Below, one piece after another: positions 44,551 to 52,712 of a DNA stretch of 52,712 bases (positions are counted from its first letter, which is position 1; every line of letters starts with the position of its first letter). The stretch comes from a virus (taxonomy: Duplodnaviria; Caudoviricetes). Position numbers and translations under genes: made by a program. The DNA is taken from positions 1 to 52,712 of the IMG/VR virus record IMGVR_UViG_3300049441_000044, one strand, 5' to 3'. The notes under the pieces were generated by a model that was not told the origin of the DNA, ran no database searches, and saw only the letters and a list, made by a program, of their open reading frames with translations.

Positions 44551-45000
44551 TCAGACGGGAGCCGAGGCGGGGTCGGGGGCGCCAGGCTGGTTCGGTGACT
44601 CACCCCAGCCGGTGAGTTCGTCGGCGACGCGGCGGAGCAGGTCGGGAACCTCAGCGGATGTCGCGGCGACCCCGACCTCGTACTGCGCTGACTCGCCGAC
44701 CTGCAGGCGGACGGGCACACCACCATCGCAGCCGGTCCCGTCGGGAACGGCCAGCAGCTCCGGGCCGGGTTGGGCGATGTAGGTGGGCAGCTCACCCTCG
44801 ACGTCGGGCATCCGGGCCGCGACCCACTGTTGCCGGGCGAGCCAGGTGATCAGCGCCGACCACACGAAGCCGGGGACGACGAGCTGGTAAACGTCGGCGG
44901 TTTCGGGACCGCTGAGTCCACCGGTGTGCTCATCAGCAAGTGGCGGGGCACGAAAGACGAAACCGAGTGGCGGATCACCGTCTGCGGGTTGCCGGCTCAT
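44551..45000 (-). CDS. hypothetical protein
   Basis: Coupled to the upstream HTH gene. Confidence 0.5.
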   Translation of the reverse strand: MSRQPADGDPPLGFVFRAPPLADEHTGGLSGPETADVYQLVVPGFVWSALITWLARQQWVAARMPDVEGELPTYIAQPGPELLAVPDGTGCDGGVPVRLQVGESAQYEVGVAATSAEVPDLLRRVADELTGWGESPNQPGAPDPASAPV

Positions 45001-45263
45001 ACCGGGACTACCGCGAACGAGTAGACCGGCGCGGCGCCGGGTCTCTCCTGCACGGTCAGCGTGCCCCGGTTCAGGTGCGCGTTGATCGCGTCCTGGACCA
45101 GGTCCAGGTCATCGACCACGCACCGCTCCGCGAGGAGCTCCAGCGACGGGTAGGCGCCGGTTCCGTCGGGTTGGGCAAGGTCGGCGATGGCGAGCAGCAC
45201 GAGCCGTTCCAGGCCGGTGTCCGCCGGCGCGTGCCATGCCGTACGCAGCGCCTGGATGGACAT
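44997..45263 (-). CDS. stand-alone replication-initiator-type N-terminal winged-HTH protein
   Basis: MSI.A...AW...ERLVLLAIAD.A..DGTGAYPS...LA..C. Confidence 0.7.
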   Translation of the reverse strand: MSIQALRTAWHAPADTGLERLVLLAIADLAQPDGTGAYPSLELLAERCVVDDLDLVQDAINAHLNRGTLTVQERPGAAPVYSFAVVPV

Positions 45264-45316
45264 GCTTTCCCCCTAACGTGGGATGGGACCGGGCTGAGCA
45301 TAACCAGGGGTGGGGC

Positions 45317-46060
45317 TTAGACACCCCGTATTGACACCAGCGCCGCGACCAGCCGGTCACCGTCGGCGGCGGCGACCATCGCCGCCCGTAACGCCGGGAG
45401 GTCCCCTTCGGGCATCGCGGTCGCGGTGAGGATCAGCAGCACCCGCCGGGTCTTGCCGGCCGCCGCTAACCAGTCGGCGTCCAGCGGGGTGTCCGACTGG
45501 GCCTGCCACCACGCCCCGGTCCCGGGGCGCCAGATCTCGGTGAGGCACCCGCCGCGGAGCACGACCAGCCACCGGGTCAGCCGCACCGGGGGAATCCGGC
45601 CGGCGAAGTCCAGGCGCCCGAACCCCTGCGCCCGCATTTCCTCCACCGACTGGTCCCGGATCCGGGCCGGGCTTTCCACGAGCCGCAAGTTGCTCCCCGG
45701 GATGATCACCAGCGCCGGGTAGATCACGTCCTTGATCGAGACCAGGGTGGTGGCGGTGGTGTCGGGCACCAGGCAACAGGGGCCGTCGGTCGGGTCGTCG
45801 GGGCGGCCGTACCGGGCAGCGAGCTGGTAGTGCGGCAGGACCTCGCTGGGCCCGCACCGGTGGTGCACCCACACCACCGTCATGCTGACGTCGGTGGTGA
45901 GCAGCACCCCGCACGACGCGTCGCGGGTCAGGTCACCGTCGGTCCGGCACACCAGGCACTGGTACTGGGAGGTGGCGACCAGCTCCCCGGCGCGCAACCG
46001 GGTCGCGTTCTCGGCGCCGAGCAGGTCGACGACCTGGTCGGCCAGGTGGATCAGGCTCAC
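45317..46060 (-). CDS. hypothetical protein
   Basis: GAGG RBS before GTG 46060; YQCLVC and HHRC.PS.V. Confidence 0.55.
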   Translation of the reverse strand: MSLIHLADQVVDLLGAENATRLRAGELVATSQYQCLVCRTDGDLTRDASCGVLLTTDVSMTVVWVHHRCGPSEVLPHYQLAARYGRPDDPTDGPCCLVPDTTATTLVSIKDVIYPALVIIPGSNLRLVESPARIRDQSVEEMRAQGFGRLDFAGRIPPVRLTRWLVVLRGGCLTEIWRPGTGAWWQAQSDTPLDADWLAAAGKTRRVLLILTATAMPEGDLPALRAAMVAAADGDRLVAALVSIRGV

Positions 46061-46138
46061 AGGTGTCCTCGGGTGCGTCGTCCTCACGGGCCGGGGCGCC
46101 CACCGTCGAGGGCGGGACGCACGGCATGATCGCACACC

Positions 46139-46828
46139 ATGACCGACCGCAGCACTCTCGCGTTCGCGGACACCGAAACCACCAGCCTCGGGCCCCTCCG
46201 CCGGATCTGGAACATCGGCCTGATCCGGCGGAGCCCCACCGGCGTCGAGATCAGCGAAGAGATCATCATCAACAAAGTCGACCTGAGTACAGCCGACCGA
46301 AAGAGCCTGGAGGTCGGGCACTTCTGGCACCGGCACCCCGACCACGGAGGCATCCCGGGGGAAGGGTGCAAGGTCGTGGCCGACGAAGCCGAAGCGGCCC
46401 GGTGGCTGATGGCACGACTCCGCCCGCAGCTGGTCGGCGACGCCGCGGTTCCGGTGCACATCGTCGGGGCGGTCCCCTCCTTCGACGTCGAGTCCTTCAC
46501 CGCCCTGCTCGTCCGGAACCAGCAGTGCTGGCCCGGGCACTACCACCTCATCGACTCCGAGGTTCTCGCCGTCGGGGCCCTCGCCGCCCGAGGTGTGCGG
46601 ATGGACCCGCCCTACACCAGCGACGAGCTGTGCGCCCTGCTCGGCATCGACGGCACCCGCTACGCCAAGCACACCGCCCTCGGCGACACCCAGTGGACCA
46701 AGGACCTCTACGACGCGGCGATGCGCTCCGCCGACCGGGACCCGCCGGATGTTCGGGCCGCCCTCGCCGCCGCCCGCCGGGACCGGATGTTCGGGCCGCC
46801 CTCGCCGCCGCCCGCCGGGAACCGGTAG
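46139..46828 (+). CDS. DEDDh (DnaQ-like) 3'-5' exonuclease
   Basis: DTETT.L (Exo I), VGA.PSFD (Exo II), HTALGD (Exo III). Confidence 0.85.
   Translation: MTDRSTLAFADTETTSLGPLRRIWNIGLIRRSPTGVEISEEIIINKVDLSTADRKSLEVGHFWHRHPDHGGIPGEGCKVVADEAEAARWLMARLRPQLVGDAAVPVHIVGAVPSFDVESFTALLVRNQQCWPGHYHLIDSEVLAVGALAARGVRMDPPYTSDELCALLGIDGTRYAKHTALGDTQWTKDLYDAAMRSADRDPPDVRAALAAARRDRMFGPPSPPPAGNR
46745..46820. repeat. perfect 38-bp tandem duplication
   Basis: CCGGATGTTCGGGCCGCCCTCGCCGCCGCCCGCCGGGA at 46745-46782 and 46783-46820. Confidence 0.95.
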
Positions 46829-46830
46829 CT

Positions 46831-47058
46831 GTGGCCGGGGACGAGCTGACGATGTGGGTCGTGTACCAGCCCGCGACCGTGCCCGGTGGCCACCAGGCCC
46901 GGGAATGGGTGGTCACCGGGCACGGGTCGAGGTTGACCGGCCACTACATGGTCGGCCCGCTGGACCTGGTTCAGGGCTACCTCGCGGACCGGTTGGGGCT
47001 GACCCGGCTGGACCGCCACCCCGACGATGACTCCACCATCGTGGAGACCTGGCTCTAA
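46831..47058 (+). CDS. small phage-type domain (R.P.DD..IVETWL)
   Basis: VY.P...P....AR.W...L.R.P.DD..IVETWL. Would be in frame with the exonuclease if one repeat unit were removed. Confidence 0.55.
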   Translation: MAGDELTMWVVYQPATVPGGHQAREWVVTGHGSRLTGHYMVGPLDLVQGYLADRLGLTRLDRHPDDDSTIVETWL

Positions 47059-47159
47059 CCAGGCTGGCTGACGCACGGCCTCCACCTCCGTCCCGACCCG
47101 GTTTTCGATCACCCGTCGGCTGATGGAAGGGAACCCTACACCCCGGCCGACCACTAGAT

Positions 47160-47190
47160 ACGGGTGGTACCCGGGGGTACCACCCGTTTT
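47160..47190 (+). terminator. probable intrinsic terminator
   Basis: 13-bp IR ACGGGTGGTACCC/GGGTACCACCCGT ending in TTTT. Confidence 0.55.
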
Positions 47191-47302
47191 TGGCCGCCGG
47201 GGTGGCCGGTACGCTGAGCGATGATCGCCGAGAGGGCTCACCCCGGGGCCGAGAGGGGAGGGGGCGGCCGAGGGTGTGGGCCGTCTGTCATACTGGGGGG
47301 TT

Positions 47303-47773
47303 ATGGGTACGGAGGTCACGGAGGCGGTAGTCGGCCCGGCGGTGACCTCGCTGACCGGGTCGCTGAGCTCGGTCGAGCTGCGGCCGACGCTGCTGACGGT
47401 GTACGCCGAGGAGACGCTGCGGGCCTACCGGGCACGGTGGCGCCATTTCGCGGAGTGGTCGGCGGCGCAGGGCTACCAGGCCGACGTGGTGCAGCTGGCC
47501 CACGGACGGCTGCTGGAGTACGTCTCCGACCAGGTGAAGGTCGGTCGGCTGGCCCCGGCGACGCTCAAACAGACGTGCAACGCGGTGATCTATTACGCGG
47601 AGCGGGCGGGGGTGGCGGTGACCGACGCGCGGGAGGCCAAGGAACAGGTGCGCCGCTACCGGGAGGCCCGGGCCGCGGACGGGGTGCCACCGGCGTACCG
47701 GGTCGCGGGTCGGCGGACGGGGCAGCGGGCCCCCCGCCGGCGGGGCGTCACCGGGGTAGCGCCCCGGCCGTAG
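47303..47773 (+). CDS. integrase N-terminal (SAM-like core-binding) domain only
   Basis: ETLRAY...W..F..W...LL.YV...LAPATL. No catalytic R-H-R-Y region. Confidence 0.65.
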   Translation: MGTEVTEAVVGPAVTSLTGSLSSVELRPTLLTVYAEETLRAYRARWRHFAEWSAAQGYQADVVQLAHGRLLEYVSDQVKVGRLAPATLKQTCNAVIYYAERAGVAVTDAREAKEQVRRYREARAADGVPPAYRVAGRRTGQRAPRRRGVTGVAPRP

Positions 47774-47778
47774 CCGGG

Positions 47779-48642
47779 TCAGGCCACGGCGCCGGCCGGT
47801 GGCGGCTGGCGGTGGCGCAGCACCGAGCTCCGCGAACAGGCCAGCAGCGCCGCGCTTTCCGCCGTGCTCAGACCGGCGGCCCGGTGGGCGTGCGCGGCGA
47901 TCCAGCGGTGCTCCCGGGGCAGGCTCGACAGCGGCGCCTGGCCGTGGGCGACGGCGAGCACCACAGCCCGGTCCGGTGGTGTGAGCCCGGGCGGCTCCGG
48001 TGGTACCGGCGCGGGCGGGGGCGGGTGGGCGTCGCGGCGCTGCGCCCGCCGCTGGGCCCGGAGCTCGGTGTCGTGGCGGCGCCGGCACCAGCTGCCGCAG
48101 TACCGGTGGGTGCGATTGATCGGGGCGAAGCGGGCGGGGCAGTGCGCGCAGACCCGGTCAGGGAGCACGAGCGGGGCCGCCCGGCCCGGGCGGCGAGGGC
48201 GGGGTGGGCGCGGCGGGCGGGGTGGACGTCGGCACGACAGCCGGCAGTACCGGTGCCGGGAATCACGCTGGGTGAACGGGTCGCCGCAGCGGAGGCAGCG
48301 GGCCGGGCGCGGCGGGCGCGGCGGGCGGTGGCGAGGCGGCCGGCACGACGGCCGGCAGTACCGGTACTGGGAGCTCGGCGCCGCGAAGAAGTCCCCGCAG
48401 CCGAGGCAGCGGGCGGTGCGGGTGGGCTCGGGCACCGGCTCGCCGGCCCAGATTCCGCTGGTCGTCAGTGCGCCGCCGGGGTGGCACTGGTCACGGTCGG
48501 GGCAGGTCGAGCAGATCACCAGGGCCCGGCGGTGCCGGGCACGGCGGGTAGCGGGCTGTTCGCCGGGCACGGTGTCGTCCCACAGCGGCTCGGGGTAGCC
48601 GGCGCACGCGGCGTGGATGAGCAGCGGCAGCGCTGCGGACAC
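47779..48642 (-). CDS. WhiB-like domain + three zinc-ribbon repeats + C-terminal HTH-like segment
   Basis: AAC...IC..CP....C...GIWAG; three CxxC...F...RYC...CR units; GLS..ESAALL.CS.SSV.R. Confidence 0.7.
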   Translation of the reverse strand: MSAALPLLIHAACAGYPEPLWDDTVPGEQPATRRARHRRALVICSTCPDRDQCHPGGALTTSGIWAGEPVPEPTRTARCLGCGDFFAAPSSQYRYCRPSCRPPRHRPPRPPRPARCLRCGDPFTQRDSRHRYCRLSCRRPPRPPRPPRPRRPGRAAPLVLPDRVCAHCPARFAPINRTHRYCGSWCRRRHDTELRAQRRAQRRDAHPPPPAPVPPEPPGLTPPDRAVVLAVAHGQAPLSSLPREHRWIAAHAHRAAGLSTAESAALLACSRSSVLRHRQPPPAGAVA

Positions 48643-48645
48643 CGG

Positions 48646-49587
48646 TCACCACCACCCGGCCGGGATCGGCAGGTGTGAGGTCACCACCGCGGCGCCAGTG
48701 CTACCCGGTCGTGACCAGGTCGGAGCCATGACCGTGACGAGCACCGATCCTGGGCGGTGGGGGCCGCTCGCGCGCGTGCCCGCGTGCGGTCTGGGGGCCC
48801 GGGCCCTGGTGAGTCGTGCAGCAACCACCCGCCCAGAGCGACCACGATTTCCGGTTGCCTCGGCTCCCCGGTTTTGGGAGCCGAGGCAGTCGGGGGGTGC
48901 AGGGGGGGGCCCCCCTGCAGTACCTCGGACCGTTTCTCTTTCCAGGACTGTATTGGGGGTCTTGTAGTCCCCCCGGCCTGGGACTTGTAGTCCCCCCGCG
49001 AGGGGACTTGTAGTCCCCTCGCCGCTCGGGCCCAGGTCAGCGGCCGAGGGGACTTGTAGTCCCCCCGCCGGTTCGGGTGCAGGTGCGGGGCGGGCGGCTG
49101 GCGCGGGGTCGTCGGACCCGTCGTCGGCCGAGGGCTGACGGCGGGCTGTGCGGGGCGCTCGGGTGCGGGTGGTGCCCCGGTCGGCGCGGGTTTTGCGCGG
49201 CGGGGCGGGCGGCAGGGGAGGCCGGTCGGTCTCGGTGAGGGGCCCGGCGCCGCGGTCGGCGCGTTCGCGGTTGACCTGACCGAGCTGCGCGGCGCTGTAC
49301 CAGGAGAACGGGATCTGGAGGTCGTAGACCTGGGGCCGCTTGTCGGCGGGCAGGTGCTGAGCCAGCGCCTGGTCACCCAGAGCGATCATCCGGCGTTTGC
49401 GGAGCGCCCGAACGCGGCGCTCGATGGTCTTCTCGTCGCACAGCGCGTACCGCGACATCGTCTTGACGCTCGGGTAGGCGCCGGTCCCGTCGTTACGGGC
49501 GCGGTGCGACATCAGGGTGATGATCGCCCGTTCGTAGACGTCCGCGACAGGCGCCTCTTCGGCCCAGGCTTGCGCGAAGTAACTCAT
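48646..49587 (-). CDS. putative replication initiator (N-terminal winged HTH)
   Basis: A.AWA...DGTGAYPSV.T....C.E.T..R....L...GDQ...P.D.RP.VYDL, followed by a low-complexity region that contains the iterons. Confidence 0.75.
   Translation of the reverse strand: MSYFAQAWAEEAPVADVYERAIITLMSHRARNDGTGAYPSVKTMSRYALCDEKTIERRVRALRKRRMIALGDQALAQHLPADKRPQVYDLQIPFSWYSAAQLGQVNRERADRGAGPLTETDRPPLPPAPPRKTRADRGTTRTRAPRTARRQPSADDGSDDPAPAARPAPAPEPAGGLQVPSAADLGPSGEGTTSPLAGGLQVPGRGDYKTPNTVLERETVRGTAGGPPPAPPDCLGSQNRGAEATGNRGRSGRVVAARLTRARAPRPHAGTRASGPHRPGSVLVTVMAPTWSRPGSTGAAVVTSHLPIPAGWW
48956..49066. repeat. four palindromic iterons (GGGACT TGT AGTCCC), probable origin
   Basis: Core CTTGTAGTCCCC starts at 48961, 48984, 49007 and 49053. 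Confidence 0.85.
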
Positions 49588-50145
49588 GAGATCACCCGGC
49601 CGGGAGCGGCGGGTGCTGGTGGGTGGGGCACCGGGGGTCCTTCCCGGCCCCGCAGTCGACCCCTGTGCCCGCTGTGGCGATTGGCCCGAGCGGGCAACCA
49701 CCAGTTAGACTGGCGAGCGCGCGCGGCTCGGCGGCCGCGCTGGTGGGCCACCCGCAAGGCCATGCGGGTGGGTAAGGGAGCCACTTTCGCGAGCGGCTCG
49801 GGAGCCGGGACCTTGATCCCGAACGCGTCTTGTGGGTTGTCGCCCACGGGACGCGTTTCCGTTTCCGAACTCCTGCGGTGCAGGCTAGACCCCGAGTTCC
49901 GTGTCGGGGGGTAGACACCCCGAGGACGCTCGGGTGGGCCGGTCAGGGGCGGAGTGCTGGCATAGAGGTGCACAGCGGCCTTCCCGCACAGCGGTTCGGC
50001 CCGATCTCGGGTGAGGCGTGCGGTAGGCTCGGGTCAACCGGCAGTGCTATGAGTCAGTCCACGTGGCGGTGGGATAACGGATTCTGGGCTGTCGGGGGGT
50101 CGTTAACGGTGCCTTGCCTCGGCGGCGGTTCCTGTTACGGCGACG

Positions 50146-50179
50146 GGGAGCCCTGCGGTTCACACCCGCAGGGATTCCC
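50146..50179. other. intergenic hairpin
   Basis: CCCTGCGG 50151-50158 pairs with CCGCAGGG 50166-50173, plus flanking GGGAG/TTCCC. Confidence 0.5.
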
Positions 50180-50415
50180 TCCCTGTCATGAGTGAGATCC
50201 AACCACGGAACAGGATGGGTTGGGATCCGCTACCACCCCAGTCGGCCCGGCGTCGAGGGGCCGACGGGGTGGTCTTCCACGGTGCGGCACCAGACCGTCC
50301 TCCGGTCGGGTTTACCCCACCCGGGGCACCGACCGCGCCGCTGTGACCGAGGCATATCCGCCCGGTCTCCCGCGAGCACTACGGCCACCCCGACCGGCGG
50401 GCAGCGCGGGGCGGC

Positions 50416-51060
50416 TCAGGACTGGTCGGAGCCGGCCGGGTCGGTGGGCGCATCGGGGTCCGGGAACACACCCAAGTTGATCAGCACCCGTTTGTAGTCG
50501 GCGACCGCGCCCGCCGCGGCCAACTGGTACGCGTCCGGGCGTTCGAGCACCCGGTCCCGCACGGCTTCGACCAGCCCGACCTGGATGCCATTGAGGCCGA
50601 ACCGTACCGGCTGGCCCGAGTACACCAGGGCCAGAGCGGTCGCGGCTTCGCTGATGTCGAGGTGGGTCGGCACGTCGACGCGGAGCAGGGGGGTCCCGTC
50701 GGCCCGCTTGTAGCGGGCGATCCGTTTGGTCTGGGTGGGCTCCGGGGCCGGGGCGTCGGGGTCCCGGTCGGGGTCGGGGAACACCCCGTGGCCCAGCAGC
50801 TTGGCCCGGTAGGCGGCGACCAGGTCGGGGTCGGCGGACTCACGCCGCGACACCGACTCCAGAACCCGGTCGTGTCCGGCCTGCACCAGCCCGACCTGGG
50901 CGCTGTGCAACCCCTCCCGCACCGGCTGGCCCTGGTACACCAACGCCAGCGCGGTGGCCGCCTCGTCCAGGTCGACGAACAGGCGGCCCTCCACCCGCAG
51001 CAACGCCGCACCGTCGGACTGGCGCCGATGTTTGGCGTAGCGGCGGTGCTGCGGCGGCAT
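50416..51060 (-). CDS. hypothetical protein made of two tandem ~100-aa domains
   Basis: GGAGG RBS; LLRV, EAATALALVY.GQPVR.GL, QVGLV and GVFPDPD each occur twice. Confidence 0.7.
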   Translation of the reverse strand: MPPQHRRYAKHRRQSDGAALLRVEGRLFVDLDEAATALALVYQGQPVREGLHSAQVGLVQAGHDRVLESVSRRESADPDLVAAYRAKLLGHGVFPDPDRDPDAPAPEPTQTKRIARYKRADGTPLLRVDVPTHLDISEAATALALVYSGQPVRFGLNGIQVGLVEAVRDRVLERPDAYQLAAAGAVADYKRVLINLGVFPDPDAPTDPAGSDQS

Positions 51061-51283
51061 CGGCCCGTCCCTCCGGGTTGATAGCGTGGTATGATCTAGT
51101 CTACGGCACGCGATCATCACGGCAACAACCGGCCGCCGGCCCGGCCCGCCGCGGCCGCCACCGTCGGGGAGTGCGGCAGGAACGCCGCCAACCACTCATC
51201 CACCCAGGACACCCCGTCGGGGTCCAGGACGTGCTAGGGCCGGACCCGGTCGGTGCCGGGACCGTCGGTGTCCTCCGGGGCGG

Positions 51284-51790
51284 TCACGTACTCGGCCCCG
51301 GGTTCGGGCTGAGCAGCTCGTCCCAGGAGCCGGGCGGGACCGGGTCGAGGTCCAGCCCGGCGAGGGCGACGACCCAGCAGTCCTGCCAGGACCCGTCGGT
51401 CAGCAACGCGGCGGCCAGTTGCGCGTCGGGGTCGGTGAGCAGTTCGGGGTGGGCGGTGTAGAGGTCCTGGACCGGGCACAGCACCCGGTCCAGGACGGCC
51501 CGCTCGTCGGCGTGGAACGGCGCCCAGTGCCCGAGGGTGGTCACCGGGCGGTCCAGCAGGACCCGGGCCAGGGCAATGTCCTCGGTCTTGGTGGTCGGGG
51601 TGTGGTGGGCGTCGGCCAGCGCCCGGCGCAGCCGTTCCCGGTGGGTGGGGCCGGAGTCGTGGTCGAGCGCGCAGCCCAGACCCAGCAGGCACGGCCCCGG
51701 GTGGGTGCAGCGCTGCGGGTCCCGGCACAGTGGGCACCGGGCGCCGGGGTGCTCGGCGGTCTCGGTGGGCTCGGGCGGGGTGGGGCACAT
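51284..51790 (-). CDS. hypothetical protein
   Basis: AAGGA RBS before ATG 51790; Cys-rich N-terminus. Confidence 0.5.
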   Translation of the reverse strand: MCPTPPEPTETAEHPGARCPLCRDPQRCTHPGPCLLGLGCALDHDSGPTHRERLRRALADAHHTPTTKTEDIALARVLLDRPVTTLGHWAPFHADERAVLDRVLCPVQDLYTAHPELLTDPDAQLAAALLTDGSWQDCWVVALAGLDLDPVPPGSWDELLSPNPGPST

Positions 51791-51816
51791 GCTGGGGTCC
51801 TTTCCTTCGGGCCGGG

Positions 51817-52584
51817 TCAGCACCCGGCGGTGTGGTCGTAGCGGCCGTCGACGGCGGCGGCCCACTGGTGGAACAACTCGGCGGGGAACCGGGCACGCAG
51901 GGAGGTCCAAACCTCCGAGCCCGGGGTGATCCCGTCGGGGTTGACTTCCTCGGTGGCGGCGAGCAGCCCGGCGATCACGGCGGTCTCGTCGACGGACAGC
52001 GGCGGCTGGTGGGTGCGCCACACCGTCGGGGTCTGCGCGGTGGTGGAGATGTGGTCGATCAGGGACCCGGCGGCGTCGGCGGTTTCAGCGGCGGCGTCGT
52101 CGGCGGCTTCGTGCAGCGCCGTCAGCGACATACCCTCGGGACCTTCCTGGTCCCGACCATGGTCCTCCAGGTACCCGGCACGGGCGCTGTAGCCGGCCCG
52201 GACCCGTTCCCACCGGTGGTAGTCGCTCAGCAGGGTGTCCGCCCGGCAGGGTGGCGCGGTGGGGGCCGCCTGGCCGGTCAGCACGGCCAGGTACGCCCCG
52301 GGCTGGTGGCGGGCGAGGTCGACGAGTTCCTGGGCGACGATCCGGAGCCGGTCAGCGCCGTACGCGGCCAACGCCAGCACCCCGGTCTCGCCCCACCGCC
52401 GCCCGGCCTCAGCCAGGGCGGCCTGTTCGCGGCGGAGGTGCAGGGACAGGTCCGGGCCCCGGCAGGGGTCGTGCTCGGCGCAGTGGGTCACGTCGTACTC
52501 GGCCAGCAGCACCGCCAGGACGACCTGGTCGTCGGGGAGGGTGGTCGTGTCCAGGCCGTCGAGGTCGGCAGCGCAGGTGATCAT
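51817..52584 (-). CDS. hypothetical protein
   Basis: GAAAGG before ATG 52584; protein-like composition. Confidence 0.55.
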   Translation of the reverse strand: MITCAADLDGLDTTTLPDDQVVLAVLLAEYDVTHCAEHDPCRGPDLSLHLRREQAALAEAGRRWGETGVLALAAYGADRLRIVAQELVDLARHQPGAYLAVLTGQAAPTAPPCRADTLLSDYHRWERVRAGYSARAGYLEDHGRDQEGPEGMSLTALHEAADDAAAETADAAGSLIDHISTTAQTPTVWRTHQPPLSVDETAVIAGLLAATEEVNPDGITPGSEVWTSLRARFPAELFHQWAAAVDGRYDHTAGC

Positions 52585-52712
52585 GGGGGGCCTTTCCGGT
52601 GCGCGAGGGGGTGACGGGTGGCCCCGGGCCAGGGTGGCCCGGGGCGTCCGGTGGTGGCAGGCTGGAGCCCGGGCAGGGCAGCGACCCACCGGACCCGCCC
52701 CGGGCCACCCTG

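Noticed and set aside
46061-46672. N-terminal extension of ORF 45317..46672
   Set aside because: Antisense to the exonuclease; a better RBS and start exist at 46060.
1-52712. CRISPR array, tRNA, rRNA, transposase or att site
   Set aside because: No repeat-spacer periodicity, cloverleaf, rRNA signature, DDE/TnpB ORF or paired att core recognised by eye. Short elements could have been missed.

Overview
High-GC, actinobacterial-type DNA. The gene families resemble those of Pseudonocardia-like hosts (inference), and the window reads as part of a large prophage or phage-plasmid. Positions 0.3-18 kb (+) hold a virion morphogenesis and lysis operon resembling cluster B-type actinobacteriophages: DUF1360-like membrane protein, MuF-protease fusion, major capsid with a C-terminal Fn3-like domain, a second capsid-like protein, major tail, head-tail adaptor, tail-terminator-like/PKD fusion, fibre, membrane proteins, amidase, SLT-like muramidase, holin-like protein and an HK97 gp10-like protein. 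I could not recognise a terminase, portal, tape measure or tail chaperone gene in the window. Positions 18-52.7 kb are a mosaic accessory and replication region: ART-like effector plus a small acidic gene, tyrosine recombinase, orphan Phd/YefM-like protein, XRE/Prim-Pol cassette, a second virion-decoration cassette, DEDDh exonuclease, WhiB/zinc-ribbon fusion, and an HTH replication initiator with internal palindromic iterons. Best novel signals: (1) a 25-aa peptide shared (17/25 identical) by the protease C-terminus and the ART-like protein N-terminus, suggesting capsid cargo loading; (2) a C CCA AAA -1 slippery site that would fuse the amidase to an SLT domain lacking a suitable start; (3) an 8 x 7-bp heptad array; (4) iterons phased at 23/23/46 bp. 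All family calls come from motifs recognised by eye; no searches were run.
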